Source: Lama guanicoe (taxonomy: Eukaryota). Taken from it: DNA of 64,000 nt. Numbering within the stretch: the stretch's first letter is position 1; the number at the start of each line of letters is the position of its first letter. Positions 25,768 to 39,324 of the stretch are shown piece by piece. The position numbers and the translations under genes were made by a program. The stretch lies in contig MU053520.1 of NCBI GenBank assembly GCA_013239625.1, positions 1 through 64,000 on the forward strand, read 5' to 3'. The notes under the pieces were generated by a model, which saw nothing but the letters and a program-made list of their open reading frames with translations, was not told the origin of the DNA and made no database searches.

Positions 25768-26114
25768 AACAAACAAACAAAAAACAACAAAAACAGACAA
25801 AGCATAAATACAGAACAGAAATAGACTCATAGACATAGAATACAGACTTGTGGTTGCCAAGGGGCTCGGGGGTGGGAAGAGATAAACTGAGATTTCAAAA
25901 TTGTAGAATAGGTAAACAAGATTATACTGTATAGCACAGAGAAATATATACAAGATCTTATGGTTGCTCACAGAGAAAGGAATTTGACAATGAATATATA
26001 TATGTTCATGTATAATTGAAAAATTGTGCTCTACACTGGAATTTGACACTACATTGTAAAATGATTTTAAATCAATAAAAAATGTTAAAATTAAAAAATT
26101 AAAACAAGAACCTT

Positions 26115-28075
26115 CAAGCTGCTGCATACAAGAGATCGACATTAGGAAGAACACACATATATTGAGAGTGAGAGGATGGAAAATGATATTCCACACAAAT
26201 GGAAACGACAAGAATGTAGGAGTAGAATACTGATTTCAGACAAAACAGACTTTAAAACAAAGGCCATCAAGAAAGATAAAGAAGGACATTTTATAATAAT
26301 TAAAGGAGTAACACAAGTTGAGGATATTACATTTATTAACATATATCCATCCAAGAAAGGAACACCTAAACACGTAAAGCAAATACTAATAGATATATAG
26401 GGAGAAACTGATGGAAATACAATCATTGTCAGAGATTTTAACACCCCATCAACATCACTGGACAGATCATTCAGACAGAAAATAAATAAAGTAACAGAAT
26501 TTAAATGATACAATAGAACAAGACTTGGTTGATATTTTAAGAACAGTAAAGTCCACCCAAAAGAGAATATACATTCTTTTCAAATGCACATGGAACATTT
26601 TCTATATAGATCATGTAGTTGGGCACAAAAGAATCCTCAAATATTTTAAGAAGATCAAAATTATTTCATGCATCATTACTGACCACAATTCCATGAAACT
26701 AGAAATCAACAACAGAGAAACAAAGGAGAAAAAAAATGACAGCATAGAGATTAAACAACATGCTACTAAAAAAATAAATGGGTCAATGATGAAATCAATC
26801 AAAAAATAAAAGATACTTTAAAAAAAATACAATGAAAACACAACCACACAGAATCTATGGGATGCAGCAAAGAGAGTGCTGAGGGAATTTTATAGTGATA
26901 CAAGCCTTCTTCAGAAAAGAAGAACAATCTCAGACAAACAATCTAGCATGCCAGCTTCAAGAATTAGAAAAAGAAGAGCAAAAAATCCCCAAAAGTCAGC
27001 AGAAGGAAGGAAATAAGGATCAAGGAGGAAGTAAATGAAATAGAGATTAAAAAATTGAAAAACTCAATCAAACCTAGAGCTGGTGTTTGGAAATACTAAT
27101 CTAAATGCACAAATCTTTGGCCAAGCTCATGAAGAAGAGAAAAGAGAGAGCAAAAATGGACAAAACAAGAGAGGAAAATGGAGAAATTACAACCAATAAT
27201 ACAGAAGTACAAAATATCAAATGAGAATACTATGAACAACTATATGGAAGCAAATTGGATAGCTTAGAAGAAATTGACAAGCCTGGAAAACTACAATCCA
27301 CCAGGACTTAATCAAAAAGAAGTTGACCATTTGAAGAAACCGATCACTAGAAATGAAATTGAATTAGCAATAAAGCCTCCCTACAAATAAAAGTCCAGGA
27401 CTAGACTGCTTCACTGGGGAATTCTACCAAACATAAAAAGAACTCGTATCATTCCTTCTCAAACTCTTCCAGAAGACTGAAAAGGAGGAAGCTCTCACAA
27501 ACCCATTCTATGAACTCACTGTCACCTTGACATCAAAACCAGATAAAGACACTACGAAAAATTAAAATTACAGAAAAATATCACTGATGAACGTAGATGC
27601 AAAAATTCTCAAAAAAAACATTAGCAAACAGAATCCAACAGCACATAAAAATGTCATGCAACATGATCAATTTGGATTCACCCCAGGGACACAAGGATGG
27701 TTCAACATATGCAAATCAATCAGTGTAATACACCACATCAACAAGAGAAAGGACAAAAACTTCATGATCAACTCAATAGATGCAGAAAAAAGAATATGAT
27801 AAAATTTAACACCCGTTTATGATAAAATGTCTCAACAAAGTGAGTATAAATGGAATATATCTCAAAATAATAAAAGCTATTTATGACAAACCTACAGCCA
27901 GCATAGTACTCAATGGTGAAAAACTGAAAAGCTTCCCACTAAAATCTGGGACAAGACATGACTGCCCACTATCACCACTCCTATTAAACATAGTATTGTT
28001 AGTCCTAGCCACAACAATCAGGCAAGAGAAAGAAATAAAAAGATCCAAACTGGAAGAGAAGAGGTAGGATTGTCA
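26115..28075 (+). mobile_element. L1 'B', resumed ORF2 (endonuclease to RT)
   Basis: Continues exactly where 19024 stopped (caagctgctgcatacaagag). Ends at gaggtaggattgtca, just before the YADD motif. Confidence 0.92.
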
Positions 28076-29822
28076 ATCAATAGAATCAATATTGTTAAAA
28101 TGGTCACACTGCCCAAGGCAATCTACAGATTTAATACAATCCCTATCAAATTACCCAGGAAATATTTCACAGAACTAGAAAAAATCATAATAAAATTTAT
28201 GTGGAACCAAAAAACACCTAGAATTGCCAGAGCATTACCAAAGAAAAGGAAAGAGGCTGGAGGAATAACTCTCCCAGACTTCAGACAATACCACAGATCT
28301 ACAGTAATCAAAACAGCATGGTATTGGTACAAAAACATACATATGGACCAATGGAACAGAATAGAGAACCCAGAAATGAATCCACAAACACTTGGTCAAC
28401 TAATCTTTGACAAAGGAGGAAGAATATACAATGGAATAAAGGCAGTCTCTTCAGCAAATGGTGTTAGGAAAACTGGACAGCATCATATAAATCAATGAAG
28501 CTAGAACATTTCCTTACACCATACACAAAAATAAACTCAAAATGGATCAAAGACTTAAACACAAGACAAGATACAATAAAACTTCTAGCAGAAAATATAG
28601 GCAAAACATTATCTGACATACATCTCAAAAATGTTCTCCTAGGGCAATATGCCCAAGTAATAGAAATAAAAGCAAGAATAAACAAGTGGGACCTAATGAA
28701 ACTTACAAGCATCTTTCTGCACAGTAAAGGAAACCATAAGTAAAACAATACAGCAACCTATGGAATGGGAGAAAACTTTTGCAAATGATGAAACCAACAA
28801 AGGCTTGATCTCCAAAATATATAAGCAGCTCATATGACTTACTAAGAAAAAAACAAATAACCCAATCCAAAAATGGGCAGAAGAACTAAACAAGCAATTC
28901 TCCAAGGAAGACATACAAATGATCAAAAAGCACATGAAAAAAATGCTCCATATCACTAATTATTAGAGAAATGCAAAACTACAATAGAGGTATCACCTCA
29001 CACCAGTCAGAATGGCCATCATTCAAAAGTCCACATATGACAAATGCTGGAGAGGCTGTGGAGAAAAGAGAACCCTCCTACACTGCTGGTGGGAATGCAG
29101 TTTGGTGCAGCCACTGTGGAAAACAGTATGGAGATTCCTCAAAAGACTAAGAAGAGACTTACCATATGACCCAGGAATTCTACTCCTGGGTACATATCCA
29201 GAAGGAACCCTACTTCAAAATGACACCTGCATCCCAATGTTCATAGCAGCAGTATAACAGTTGCCAAAGCATGGAAGCAGCCTAAATGTCAATCAACAGA
29301 TGACTGGATAAAGAAGTATATTTATACAATGGAATACTATTCAGCCATAGAAAACGACAACGTAACACCATTTGCAGTAACATGAATGTCCCTGGAGAAT
29401 GTCACTCTAAGTGAAGTAAGCCAGAAAGAGAAAGAAAAATACCATATTGGATCACTCATATGTGAAATCTAAAAAAAAAAAAAAACCAAAAACCGAAAAA
29501 ATGTACTTAAATACAAAACAGAAATAGACTTATAGGCATAGAATACAAACTTGTGGTTGCCAAGAGGGAGGGGGTGTGAAGGGACAGACTTGGAGTTCAA
29601 AATTTGTAGATACTGACAGGCATATGCAGAATAAATAAAGAAGATTATACTGTATAGCACAGGGAAATATATACGAGATCTTGTGGTAGCTCACAGTGAA
29701 AAACATGTGACAATTAATATGTGTAAGTTCATGTATAACTGAAAAACTGTGCTCTACAGTGGAATTAGATACAAGATTGTAAAATTACTATAACTCAATA
29801 AATATGTTAAAAAGAGAAAAAC
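28076..29822 (+). mobile_element. L1 'D': ORF2 3' third + 3'UTR + A-tail, joined to B across a ~330 bp gap
   Basis: [18 protein letters not shown]...; close to C in ORF2 but with a different 3'UTR type (like 11268-11666). aataaa at ~29797. Confidence 0.88.
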
Positions 29823-30135
29823 AAACAAAAAACTATATGTAGCAGCATTTATATAAATTTAAGAACAATTCAAAAATAATTTATAAGATAAGTGGATACT
29901 CATCAGTGTAAGAATAATATGAAAATTACTGGTTGGATATACAATGAATTAGTGATACAGTTGCCTCTAATAAATGAAGAAAGCAAATGTGACTGGGACT
30001 GGGAAGAAATAAGTTAAATTTTAATTATATTTAATTTTAAATGTAAAGTTGCTCTCATTTTACTTAAAAAAGATTGTAACCCACTTAAAAAAATAAATAA
30101 TGGTTAGTTATCTCTGTTCCCACCTCTAGAGTTCA

Positions 30136-30177
<42 letters not shown>

Positions 30178-30197
30178 CATTGTTATTATTATTATTA
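30136..30197. repeat. (GAT)14 followed by short (TTA)n microsatellite
   Basis: Seen directly. Confidence 0.95.
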
Positions 30198-31484
30198 GCC
30201 TGGGAAAGAACACTTACATCTCTTAGAAATAATTTATTTCACAATAGTTCATAATATTGACAAATTTTAGTCTGATAGGATCACATATAATCCTCACTAC
30301 ATCTTAACAAATCTCCAACAGATTTTCTGTAATACAAGAACACCCATTACATTTTGTTCTTGGGACATGCCTTGCACTTCCCACTCCCCATACTCATATC
30401 CTCTATCTGTAATGCTCTGCTTAACCAAACGCAACCTGGTCTTCACTTCTTGGCACAATCAAACCCTCCTCCACACTTCACCTTGTTTTTTTTTTTTTTT
30501 CCAGTAACAAGTACTAATACTTACTGAAATTTTGCCTTATATTATTTTGTATTGTTCACATCTTTATATGAGTCTATTTTTTACTATGAAAGTTGAAAAT
30601 CTCCTTAAAGCCAGAGGCCAAAATTGCTTTTCCAATGAGACCTCTAAATTAATAGAAATTGCATTTTTAGAAACATCTACAGACATTAAATATATGAAAA
30701 CTGAACAACAGGTTTACATGGTATAAGATAATTCCATTCCCAGAAAGCTAAAATTTTCTATACATTTCCAAAATAATTTCCAACAATTTGGACATAATAT
30801 TATTAGATAATGTATTTGCTTATATTTATATATATTTTTCTTTTATAAATTTATCTATAAATAGAAGCATCATAAAAATACAAATGTCACCCCCAAAATG
30901 CTGCTTTAGTTCCTGGTGGGATAAGAGTTTGTTTTATATGGAGGTTATTTTCTTTCTGTATTTCTTTTCATCTTATCCTTCCTAGGGATTCTTGGATTTA
31001 TCACATTATTCCTTCTCTGAACTTCACATATCCCTCATCAAGAAGTTAAGAAGGACTCCTCTTACTAGTGAGCTGTGTATACTATCCTAAAAATGGCAAA
31101 TTTGACTTGCCTTTCCCTAATCTGTTTTATATGCAATAGTCACAGGCCATGGCTTGCCTGGTTCCTGGCTGATAATAATGTGTGAGATCTGCCTTGTAGA
31201 TTCAAATATTCCCACAGGTGAGTTTTAAATTTTAGATACGAAGGGATATTAGATATATTTTTCTTTTCTCACAGAAAAAGTTACATTCTTCAATCCAACT
31301 TTAACAAGATTGAGACTCTTTGAACTTTAGAGATTATTGGGAATCAATCTAGATCATTAATGATGCTGACACTATACTTTTATATTCTTATTAAATATTG
31401 GTCTATTATCAATTGTTAAAATCCCAAAAGGGTAATAAGTATATACATACCTAAAACCCCAACTTTTAACATTTACTTTGTTAG

Positions 31485-31680
31485 GAAGCAGTGAAAGGCT
31501 TGCCTATGGAATTAGACAACCCTGAATTCAAATTGTTGTTCTGACATACATTAATGTTATGCTTCTATTTTCTCATCCATCCATGGGGATAACCTATTTT
31601 AAAAGTTGTGGGGATTAAAACAGACAATTTTTTGAACAGTGTCTTGCTTTCAATAAATTTTAGCCACTATGATTATTATC
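31485..31680 (+). mobile_element. MIR SINE
   Basis: ggaattagacaaccctgaattcaaat...ttttctcatcc...atggggataa...gttgtggggattaaa resembles the MIR core. Confidence 0.55.
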
Positions 31681-31799
31681 CTACTTATTTACTCTTTTAA
31701 TGGTTACAGGCAATGCCCTAAGCCCTAGGGACAGAGATACAAACTAGACCAAATTCATTCCATACTAACCTAGTGAAAGATAGACCATACAGAAGTAAA

Positions 31800-32400
31800 C
31801 ATATCCATTCATTAATTTCTTAAATTTATTGCAAAAATAATTAATGGGCATCCAAGTATACACAAGTTCTAAGTACTGGGGATGCTTCAGTTAGCAAAAC
31901 AGACAAAAAGTACTATTCAATTTCAAAAATAAATAAATAAGATAAATGAACCAAACACACACACACACACAAGTAATATCATTCTCTGATATATAAAGAA
32001 AAATAAAGTTGGAGAACAGAGAATGAAAACTAGGGAGTGAAAAGAGAACAGTTAGATTCATTATGTGCTCTAAATATGGAAATGTTTGGCATATTTAAAG
32101 GATGGAAAGAAGTTCATGTAGATAGCATGTCTAGATTAAGATTGAGAACATTCTGATATTAGAGTGAAGGAGTGGGCAGAAGCCAAACCAGGTAGGGCCT
32201 TGGAAGACTTAACAAGAGGCTTGTATTTTAAATTTAATAAAGAGCAGTTAAGCATTTATAAATGAGGACTTAACATGACCTGATGAAGATTTTCAAATAA
32301 ATCTCATTGTCTGAGAATAAATCAAATGGAGATGAATGGAAGCCGAACCAGTTAAGGCTGTTACAGGTCCAGGTGAGAGGTGACAGTGTACTAGGAAGGT
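31800..32400 (-). mobile_element. L2 LINE 3' fragment
   Basis: attcatt...gttctaagtactggggatgcttcagttagcaaaacagacaaaa and ggtccaggtgagaggtgacagt resemble reverse L2 3' end motifs. Confidence 0.55.
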
Positions 32401-35400
32401 AAGAGTAAAGACTGATAACATGCTAGAGATAATACTGGTGGAAAAAGATTACTTTCTTAAGGGCATAGCCTTGATACAAAATCCTAGAAGGGTACCTGTT
32501 CTATTTCTCTTTTGAACTTGTGATGGGCTCCACATTTCATTCTAGGGCACAGGGGACATTTCAAACAGCACTAGGATAAAGGTGCACAGTGGGAATGCCA
32601 CTTAGATTATAGCTACAAACACCTAAAAATGTGACTCTTGTTTCAAACACTGAAAACTGACAGATGGGACCTGGGTTATATATGTCTTACCAAGGGATAT
32701 ATGGACATAGGAATAATATGGGAATTAATTTCTATATGGCAAGTCCACATGATTACTTTAAAAAACAATCTCTTGTTGAGGCATCAAGAAGATTTTTTTC
32801 ATCTTACCCACCCACCTTTGTATGAAAGCCCTTTTCCATACTGTAAAACAAAGGCACACCTCTCACTAACCCTAAAGCTTACTATGCTTCATTATTTGGA
32901 GGACTCTAAGAAAAGAGACTATTTTAAATATTGTATCTGAGAAATATTTTTTAATTGAGGCAGAAACTTATAGAAGGTTTCCCTGTACATATTTTGGCTA
33001 AAATTCAAAGGTAGCATCATACATGTAATATTTTTTATGGTTTGATATTATCTAAATTCACATATGGAGAGGAGTGGTAATAACAATGATGGCTTTTACT
33101 TAACAACCTTAAGTCTTCAACCTCAGACCAAGGTAAAAAAAAATCATCTTTTCCAGGGGAGTGTACTGTGAAATCAAAACAAAGGAAGCATTGGTAAGAA
33201 ATACTGTAGGTGACTTATTTCATATGGATGACCCACCTGATGATAAGCCATCTCGTAACTCCCTTCTTTTCCTTCTTCTCTTCACTTGCCTTCTCTTCTC
33301 CTTTTCTTTTTGTCGTCTCTGCTTTCCCTTCTCCTCCTCTACCATGTATCCTTTCTTCTCCTTCTCTTTCCTTTTCTTTTTCTTCTCCCATCTCAGAGTT
33401 AGAATTTTGAAGTGACGTGGTAATACCTAATCACATTTTAGTTTGAGAGTGACTAATGGTGTGCACTAGTTTTGATTATTAGGTTAAGTGAAAGTATTTA
33501 GGATTTCATAGTCATCAATTAGTTAGCAAGATTACTCAACAAAATAGAATGATGCCACCCCATAAGCAGGACATGTGAGAATCAATTAAATATCTCCTTT
33601 ATATGGATTGTTTTCATATATTGAATAAACTAAGAATGGACTTGTAAAGTTTTGATGAAAATATATCTGATGCACTTGGTAATATAAAAACAGTTTATAA
33701 AAATATTTTGCTGTAAAAATGTTTTGAAATGAACAAATTTTGTGATTTTCTTAACTTTTCCTGAATATTTTGGTTTGAAATAAAGTACATCTAGGTGAAA
33801 AAAAGAAACACAAAGGTTTATAAGCAATAGTCATTTTAACCATTTTTAATTCTTTGTATTTCTCTCCAAAATTCAGAAAATGAGCTATTGTAATAACTGG
33901 AGATTTCTAAAAATAATATCCTACAGCAAACAATGAGATTTCTAATTATTTGTTGTTAGCAACATTGAAAGAGGCATACTTGAGTTGCCTGATGATGTAT
34001 AATTAAAAATAATTTTTTGTTAACATTTGATCTTTTTGGTTTTGAGGGCTTATATTTTAGGAGGGTTTTAAAAGACTCATTGACACTGCAACAACAACAA
34101 AAAATCCTTCAATTCCATCTTGTTCTTATGAGTTTGTTTCTCTGCAGAAAAAAAATAAAGAAAAACCCCATTGAGTCATAAGATTACTGTTGAGCAGTAA
34201 GTGTTTTTCTCTTATAGATACCTAAACTTATTAGAAAGAAATGTCCTCTTTATATTGTTAAGAGATTATTTTTAAATAAAATTATACATTATATGTTTGG
34301 TAATTCCTCAAAGTCCCCAATATGTTTGTGTCATTTGGTCAACAATTTGTTTATTTTAATGGCTATAATGAGATTCATGAGCTGCTACTGCACTAAGTAG
34401 GCAAGTAATTATAATTGTTATGATGACTCTATATAGAAGGAATTATTTGCAGCTTAAAGTCTTATGATCACAGAATCTTTTTTTTAATTTACTGAAATAT
34501 TTCTGTAGCATAAAAGCATTAGAATGTGATTAATAAATTGTTCAGGCTTAAAATATATTATACTAGAATTCAGTTCTCTAAGGGAAACAGTATGCAGACA
34601 CATGTTCAAGGAGAATAGGGAGAGATGTAAAACTTGTGACTGCTAAAGAAAATTTTTTCATGTATTTTTATAAATCATTGATGGTGGGTATCAAGTTACT
34701 GTGATATTTTGACTTCATGTACTACATTTAAAAAGACGCATGTAATTTTTTTTGAAATGTCACTATTTACAATTCTCTAGGAATTGTATCATGTGTAACT
34801 TTTTAAACTCCTGATAAAACTATTCAGATTTGTTAGGGTACATGAGCAAAAATGGAAAAAAAAATATAGAAGGCCACTGATCTTTGCTGTCTCCAATATC
34901 CAGAGTTACATGTAGGTAATCCACCATTTTCTTACTTAAAGAGGGTGCAACATATTCTTGAGGAATATATCCTAACAGGTTAAAAACACAAGAATTGTCA
35001 TAAAATTCATGACATGTTTTTCAAGGGCAAATATTCTAAGTATATTATATATGTATCTTACCAAGACACCCTAAGGTATCTGTTATCTCCTGGTCTTTAA
35101 TTCATAAAATAATACATTTGAAATAGCAGAGAAAAGGTCTTCCTGGGAATAATGAGATAGTCAGGATACCTGTTGTCTAGATCATGATATAAAAAGAAAA
35201 TTATTGATGAATCTCTGAGTTATGATTTAAAAAGTATCCTACTCTTCTGCCTGGGTAACTCTATAATTTGAAGAAAAATGTATTTGCTGGAGCAACAATT
35301 TTATAATAAGTTCTAGGGGCTTTATTAATCAGCTCCTTGATGGTGTTCACATATGGAATACTCATTTCAATTGAAGTCATCACCTGATTAAATTCTCTGT

Positions 35401-38400
35401 AATCCTATTATTCTGAAGAATGATCCATTATATGTACTGGAAAAACTAAGAAAATTAATGGGAATTTATTTGGAATTTTCACCTCTCTTTATCTTTCAAA
35501 TCTATTAAGATATCTTTGCAATTCCATAAAGGTTTAAATATTTCTTTTGATTTACTGTTTCCATAAAGAGGAACATCCAATGACTTCAACTTGCTAACAT
35601 CATGGAACAAGATTTCTGTTGGTTTCATTACACAGTAACTGGGGAAGAGACTGAAAGTGATGGCTTGGGTTCCTCTGGGTCTATCATAAGGTGATTCCAA
35701 GTGAGAATTTCATTTATCAACCAAGTCCAGCTGAACCTTCATTCTTACTGGTATATTGAGACTCTGACTACTGCTTTGCCATTTCTGGATTCAAAAGATG
35801 GGACATTTTCCTTTCTCAGTGAAGAGCTAACCAGATCAATGGCCATGAAGAAATTGGAAAAAACTCGGATATACATAAGGCTAAACTTAACTCACAACTA
35901 GAAATTAGGAGGAAGGACCTGACTTTACTGCCTGGTAACTCAAGTGAGCCCATTGTTTTTGAGACTTGTGATTTAGTTTGTTTTGGTGAATTCTGGATTG
36001 ATTAACAAGAATGATCTCTTGATGTCAGATCATTCTTTGTACCCTGATTTTTATGCCTATAGTGCTGTATTTACAATGTCTGTACTCACTTTGTTAATAG
36101 CATTTAGTAATTAGCACCTGGGGACAAAACCCCAAGACTCATTCCACTCAACATAAGGCTACAAGTATCTCATAGATGTTCCTGTCCTACAGAGGACAAA
36201 CAAGAAAGCTCTATTTAAAAGATTTTGGTCAATTGTTTAACTTGATCAAGAGTAAAGGGTCTAGAACTGGCCATGAGACATGGTGAGATGCTAAGTATTC
36301 TTAAAGGGGTAATCCAGCATTTCTATTGCTTGCTGTTATTGGATCCTTCACCCTGGGTGTCATCCAAAGGCTTTCTGGTCATTGTTTGGTTCTAATTGTG
36401 TTGCAAATTTAAAAAGTATTTTAATGACTAACCAAGTCCCAAATAAGCACATCAAATGCAAAACCTCTAGTGATTGCACAGGTATCAGTTCAGCCCAACT
36501 CCAAATTATTTCATTTTCTCTTTGATTTTTACCTATAAAATCTATGCTCATATATCCAACCCAAATTGTGGAAAGACAATATTGATAAATCCCTCTCATT
36601 TATTCTAAATGCAACTTTTTCTTCATCACTCATGTCTTCATTCAAGCATTCAGGTCATGTTGTATTTCAGGTGTAATTTCCTATTGAGAAACAATAAGTG
36701 CTAGCAAATGGGGCAATTGTTAACTTTCTTCTACTAAGTGTGAATGATATTTCAGTGTAGGTCCATTCAGTTGCTTGCTAATTTCTGTCTATCCTTCCAG
36801 ACACACTTCTTCCAATTGATGGGATATTACTCTTTTTTGATAAATGCCTTAAAATATTCAAGTAAATTTAGGAAACATAGCAGACATGGCATTTCATAGA
36901 ATCAATTTCTGTTTATTTCCCACACTTCATCCTCAGTGTCCACATAGATCTAGCAAATTTAATGATCAGTTAAATCATTTTCCTATTGCCTTTGTGACTA
37001 ATTTCCTCTCTGGGAGTCTGGGTTGGCAGGAGAAGTTGTCTCACCACTTCTGTGTCATACCAACCCAATAACCAATTCAGTATACCCATATATTCCTATG
37101 CTTTTGTTCTCAAAGATGCAAACAACAGAAAACTTCTCTGAAAAATACACTAAAAAGAATTGCTCATAGCACCCATGAAAGCATTAAACTCAAACCTCAC
37201 GGATGAGATCAACATGTACTGAGTCAGTTGACTTTATACAAATGTAGGTAGATTATCTTCTCTATTTGTGGGCTTGCATGACTTTTGGTATCCTTAGGAG
37301 CCTCAGACTACTATTTCAGTTTATTCTTCATTTGATTGGCTATATTTGTGACTTTTCCCGGGGACAAACAGTGGGGCAGTGAGGTTAATTCTGAGAATAA
37401 ACTATTCATGCAATCATTTCCATCTCTCTAATTTAGCTGCTGATTACACTATTTTTTTTCTCCTTTTCCCCATTTTCTCTCACCTTTAAATTATTCTGGA
37501 GTTCTTCTGTAAAATAATTCATTTTTTTTTACTATCTCTTTAACTTGAATAGGATTTCAAAATGCTCAGGTATTCATTTGGTCTTATTTTTATTCCTTGC
37601 TCAAGAAATTCTCTAACATTTAGTTTTTGATGGTACCCATTCTGACTTTGAAGCAGAGTTTTGGATTCACTTTATTTGTATACATATTCTATTATTTCAC
37701 AGCAATAATATTAATAAGTGTTAAATGTATTATTTAACAGTCTCCTATCTTAAATTAGATATTAAGACAAAAGTAATTTTAAAATCCTGTCTAACTGCTA
37801 AGGAATAAGATCACAGTTCATATATGTAAACTTGTGGTCGGTTAAACTCTTCTCCTGTTTTGAAGATTTTAAAAAGCAAGAATGATCCCAAACATTTTTC
37901 ACCTAAACAAGAATAGATATTAGCTTTATCATAAAAAGCTTTAATTAGGGTAGTAAAATTATTATTGTCAGCCCCAGGGAATCTTTGCTGAAGAAAACTG
38001 ATAATTACTTATAATTAAAAACTGGCCTATGTCCAAGAAAAAGGTAATATGAGTGTGGGTGTTTGAGAGTTCTAAACAAGGTTATGTGATATGCAAGACA
38101 GTATCAAATTAAGTGAGAAACAACACTGAAATAATAACTGAGATATATTTATTTAAAATTTCTTTATAATACAAGGAAGGTGATTTTTAAAAGGGGTTAT
38201 TAAAGAGAGAAACAAAGCAATGGGTCTCCAAAAAGAAAGCATTTTAAAGGAGAGAGAAAAAAGTTTAAAAATGCTTACTTCAGAGTGATCACTTCCATAA
38301 CTGGCTATGTTGAAGATGCTATTTATGGGCATAAAGCATGAGAGACATGGGAAACCTGAAGACTGATAATAAACAATTTGCTCAAGAAATTTTAGAAAAA

Positions 38401-39324
38401 TGGCTCGCAGGAGACATGGTGCCAAGGGAGGGTTTTAAAATATTTTAGTAGTTTTAATTAACGTGTGAAAGAGAAGAAATTAGCCAAAAAGCTAATGACT
38501 TCTTAGTTTGTCTTAATGATTGGGGCTGGTAAATTTTAGAAATAATTATATTATCTGGGAGAAAAATTCTTAGTAAGGGAAGAAACAGTCTACACTAACT
38601 GGCAAAATTTCACCAAAACTGGGTTTGGCTCTCCTCAAGTCTTTTTTGAAAGTTCTACTAGATCAAGTAATAGTAGTCCAATGTTACAAGCACAGGAAAG
38701 AGATATTAAGTGAATAAATATTTATTGCACAACAAATGGGTTCTAAATACCATCATAGGTACTGCCATCTTATTGAAGAATACATTTTGTATTGCCAGAG
38801 TATATGTTCTTTAAACTTTCTTCTACATTTAAGGTTTCATATTTTTTTATTTACCAGTAACCCTGTGTGTTCTTCACAAAGTTATATGTTAAAACTGTCC
38901 TGAAATGGTCACAGCCATTAATTAATTATTATTGTCAGAATATAGGTTCACTTGAGAACACTATGCTGTCTACACATTTATATATAGTAGGCATTCCTTT
39001 TTAAGGTTAAGTAATTGTTCAAAGCTTCAAGTTAAAGAAAAACAAATATGTGTTTAGATTGCTACATTGACTTCTAGTTCTTCACTGTTTTCTCATAATT
39101 TTTCTATTTTTATTTTTAATAAAACACATTTTAAGTGTTTTATTATTTTAAAGCTGTAAATCTTAACTCATATGTCTGAAATACCTATTAAAGGTTATAA
39201 TTTTAAAGATACTTTTGGCTAATTTATTACCCTACAATAATATGGAGGGGCCAGAGAGAAGGTAATTTGATTACAGGAAAGGCAACTGATGTTACTTTGA
39301 TAAGCTACTAATGTATCATCATTC

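Larger units (their letters stand above)
19025..26100 (+). mobile_element. L1 'C': full-length (7076 bp) inactive LINE-1 nested in ORF2 of L1 B
   Basis: Perfect TSD aaaacaagaacctt at 19011-19024 and 26101-26114. CpG-retaining 5'UTR, ORF1, ~400 bp spacer, ORF2, 3'UTR, aataaa at 26074-26079 and A-rich tail. Confidence 0.97.

Noticed and set aside
14415..29660. Hydrophobic Phe/Leu/Ile-rich minus-strand ORFs resembling membrane proteins
   Set aside because: Antisense translations of A-rich L1 sequence.
33161..33415. Phe/Ser/Leu-rich ORFs
   Set aside because: Caused by a CT-rich low-complexity tract; no exon support.
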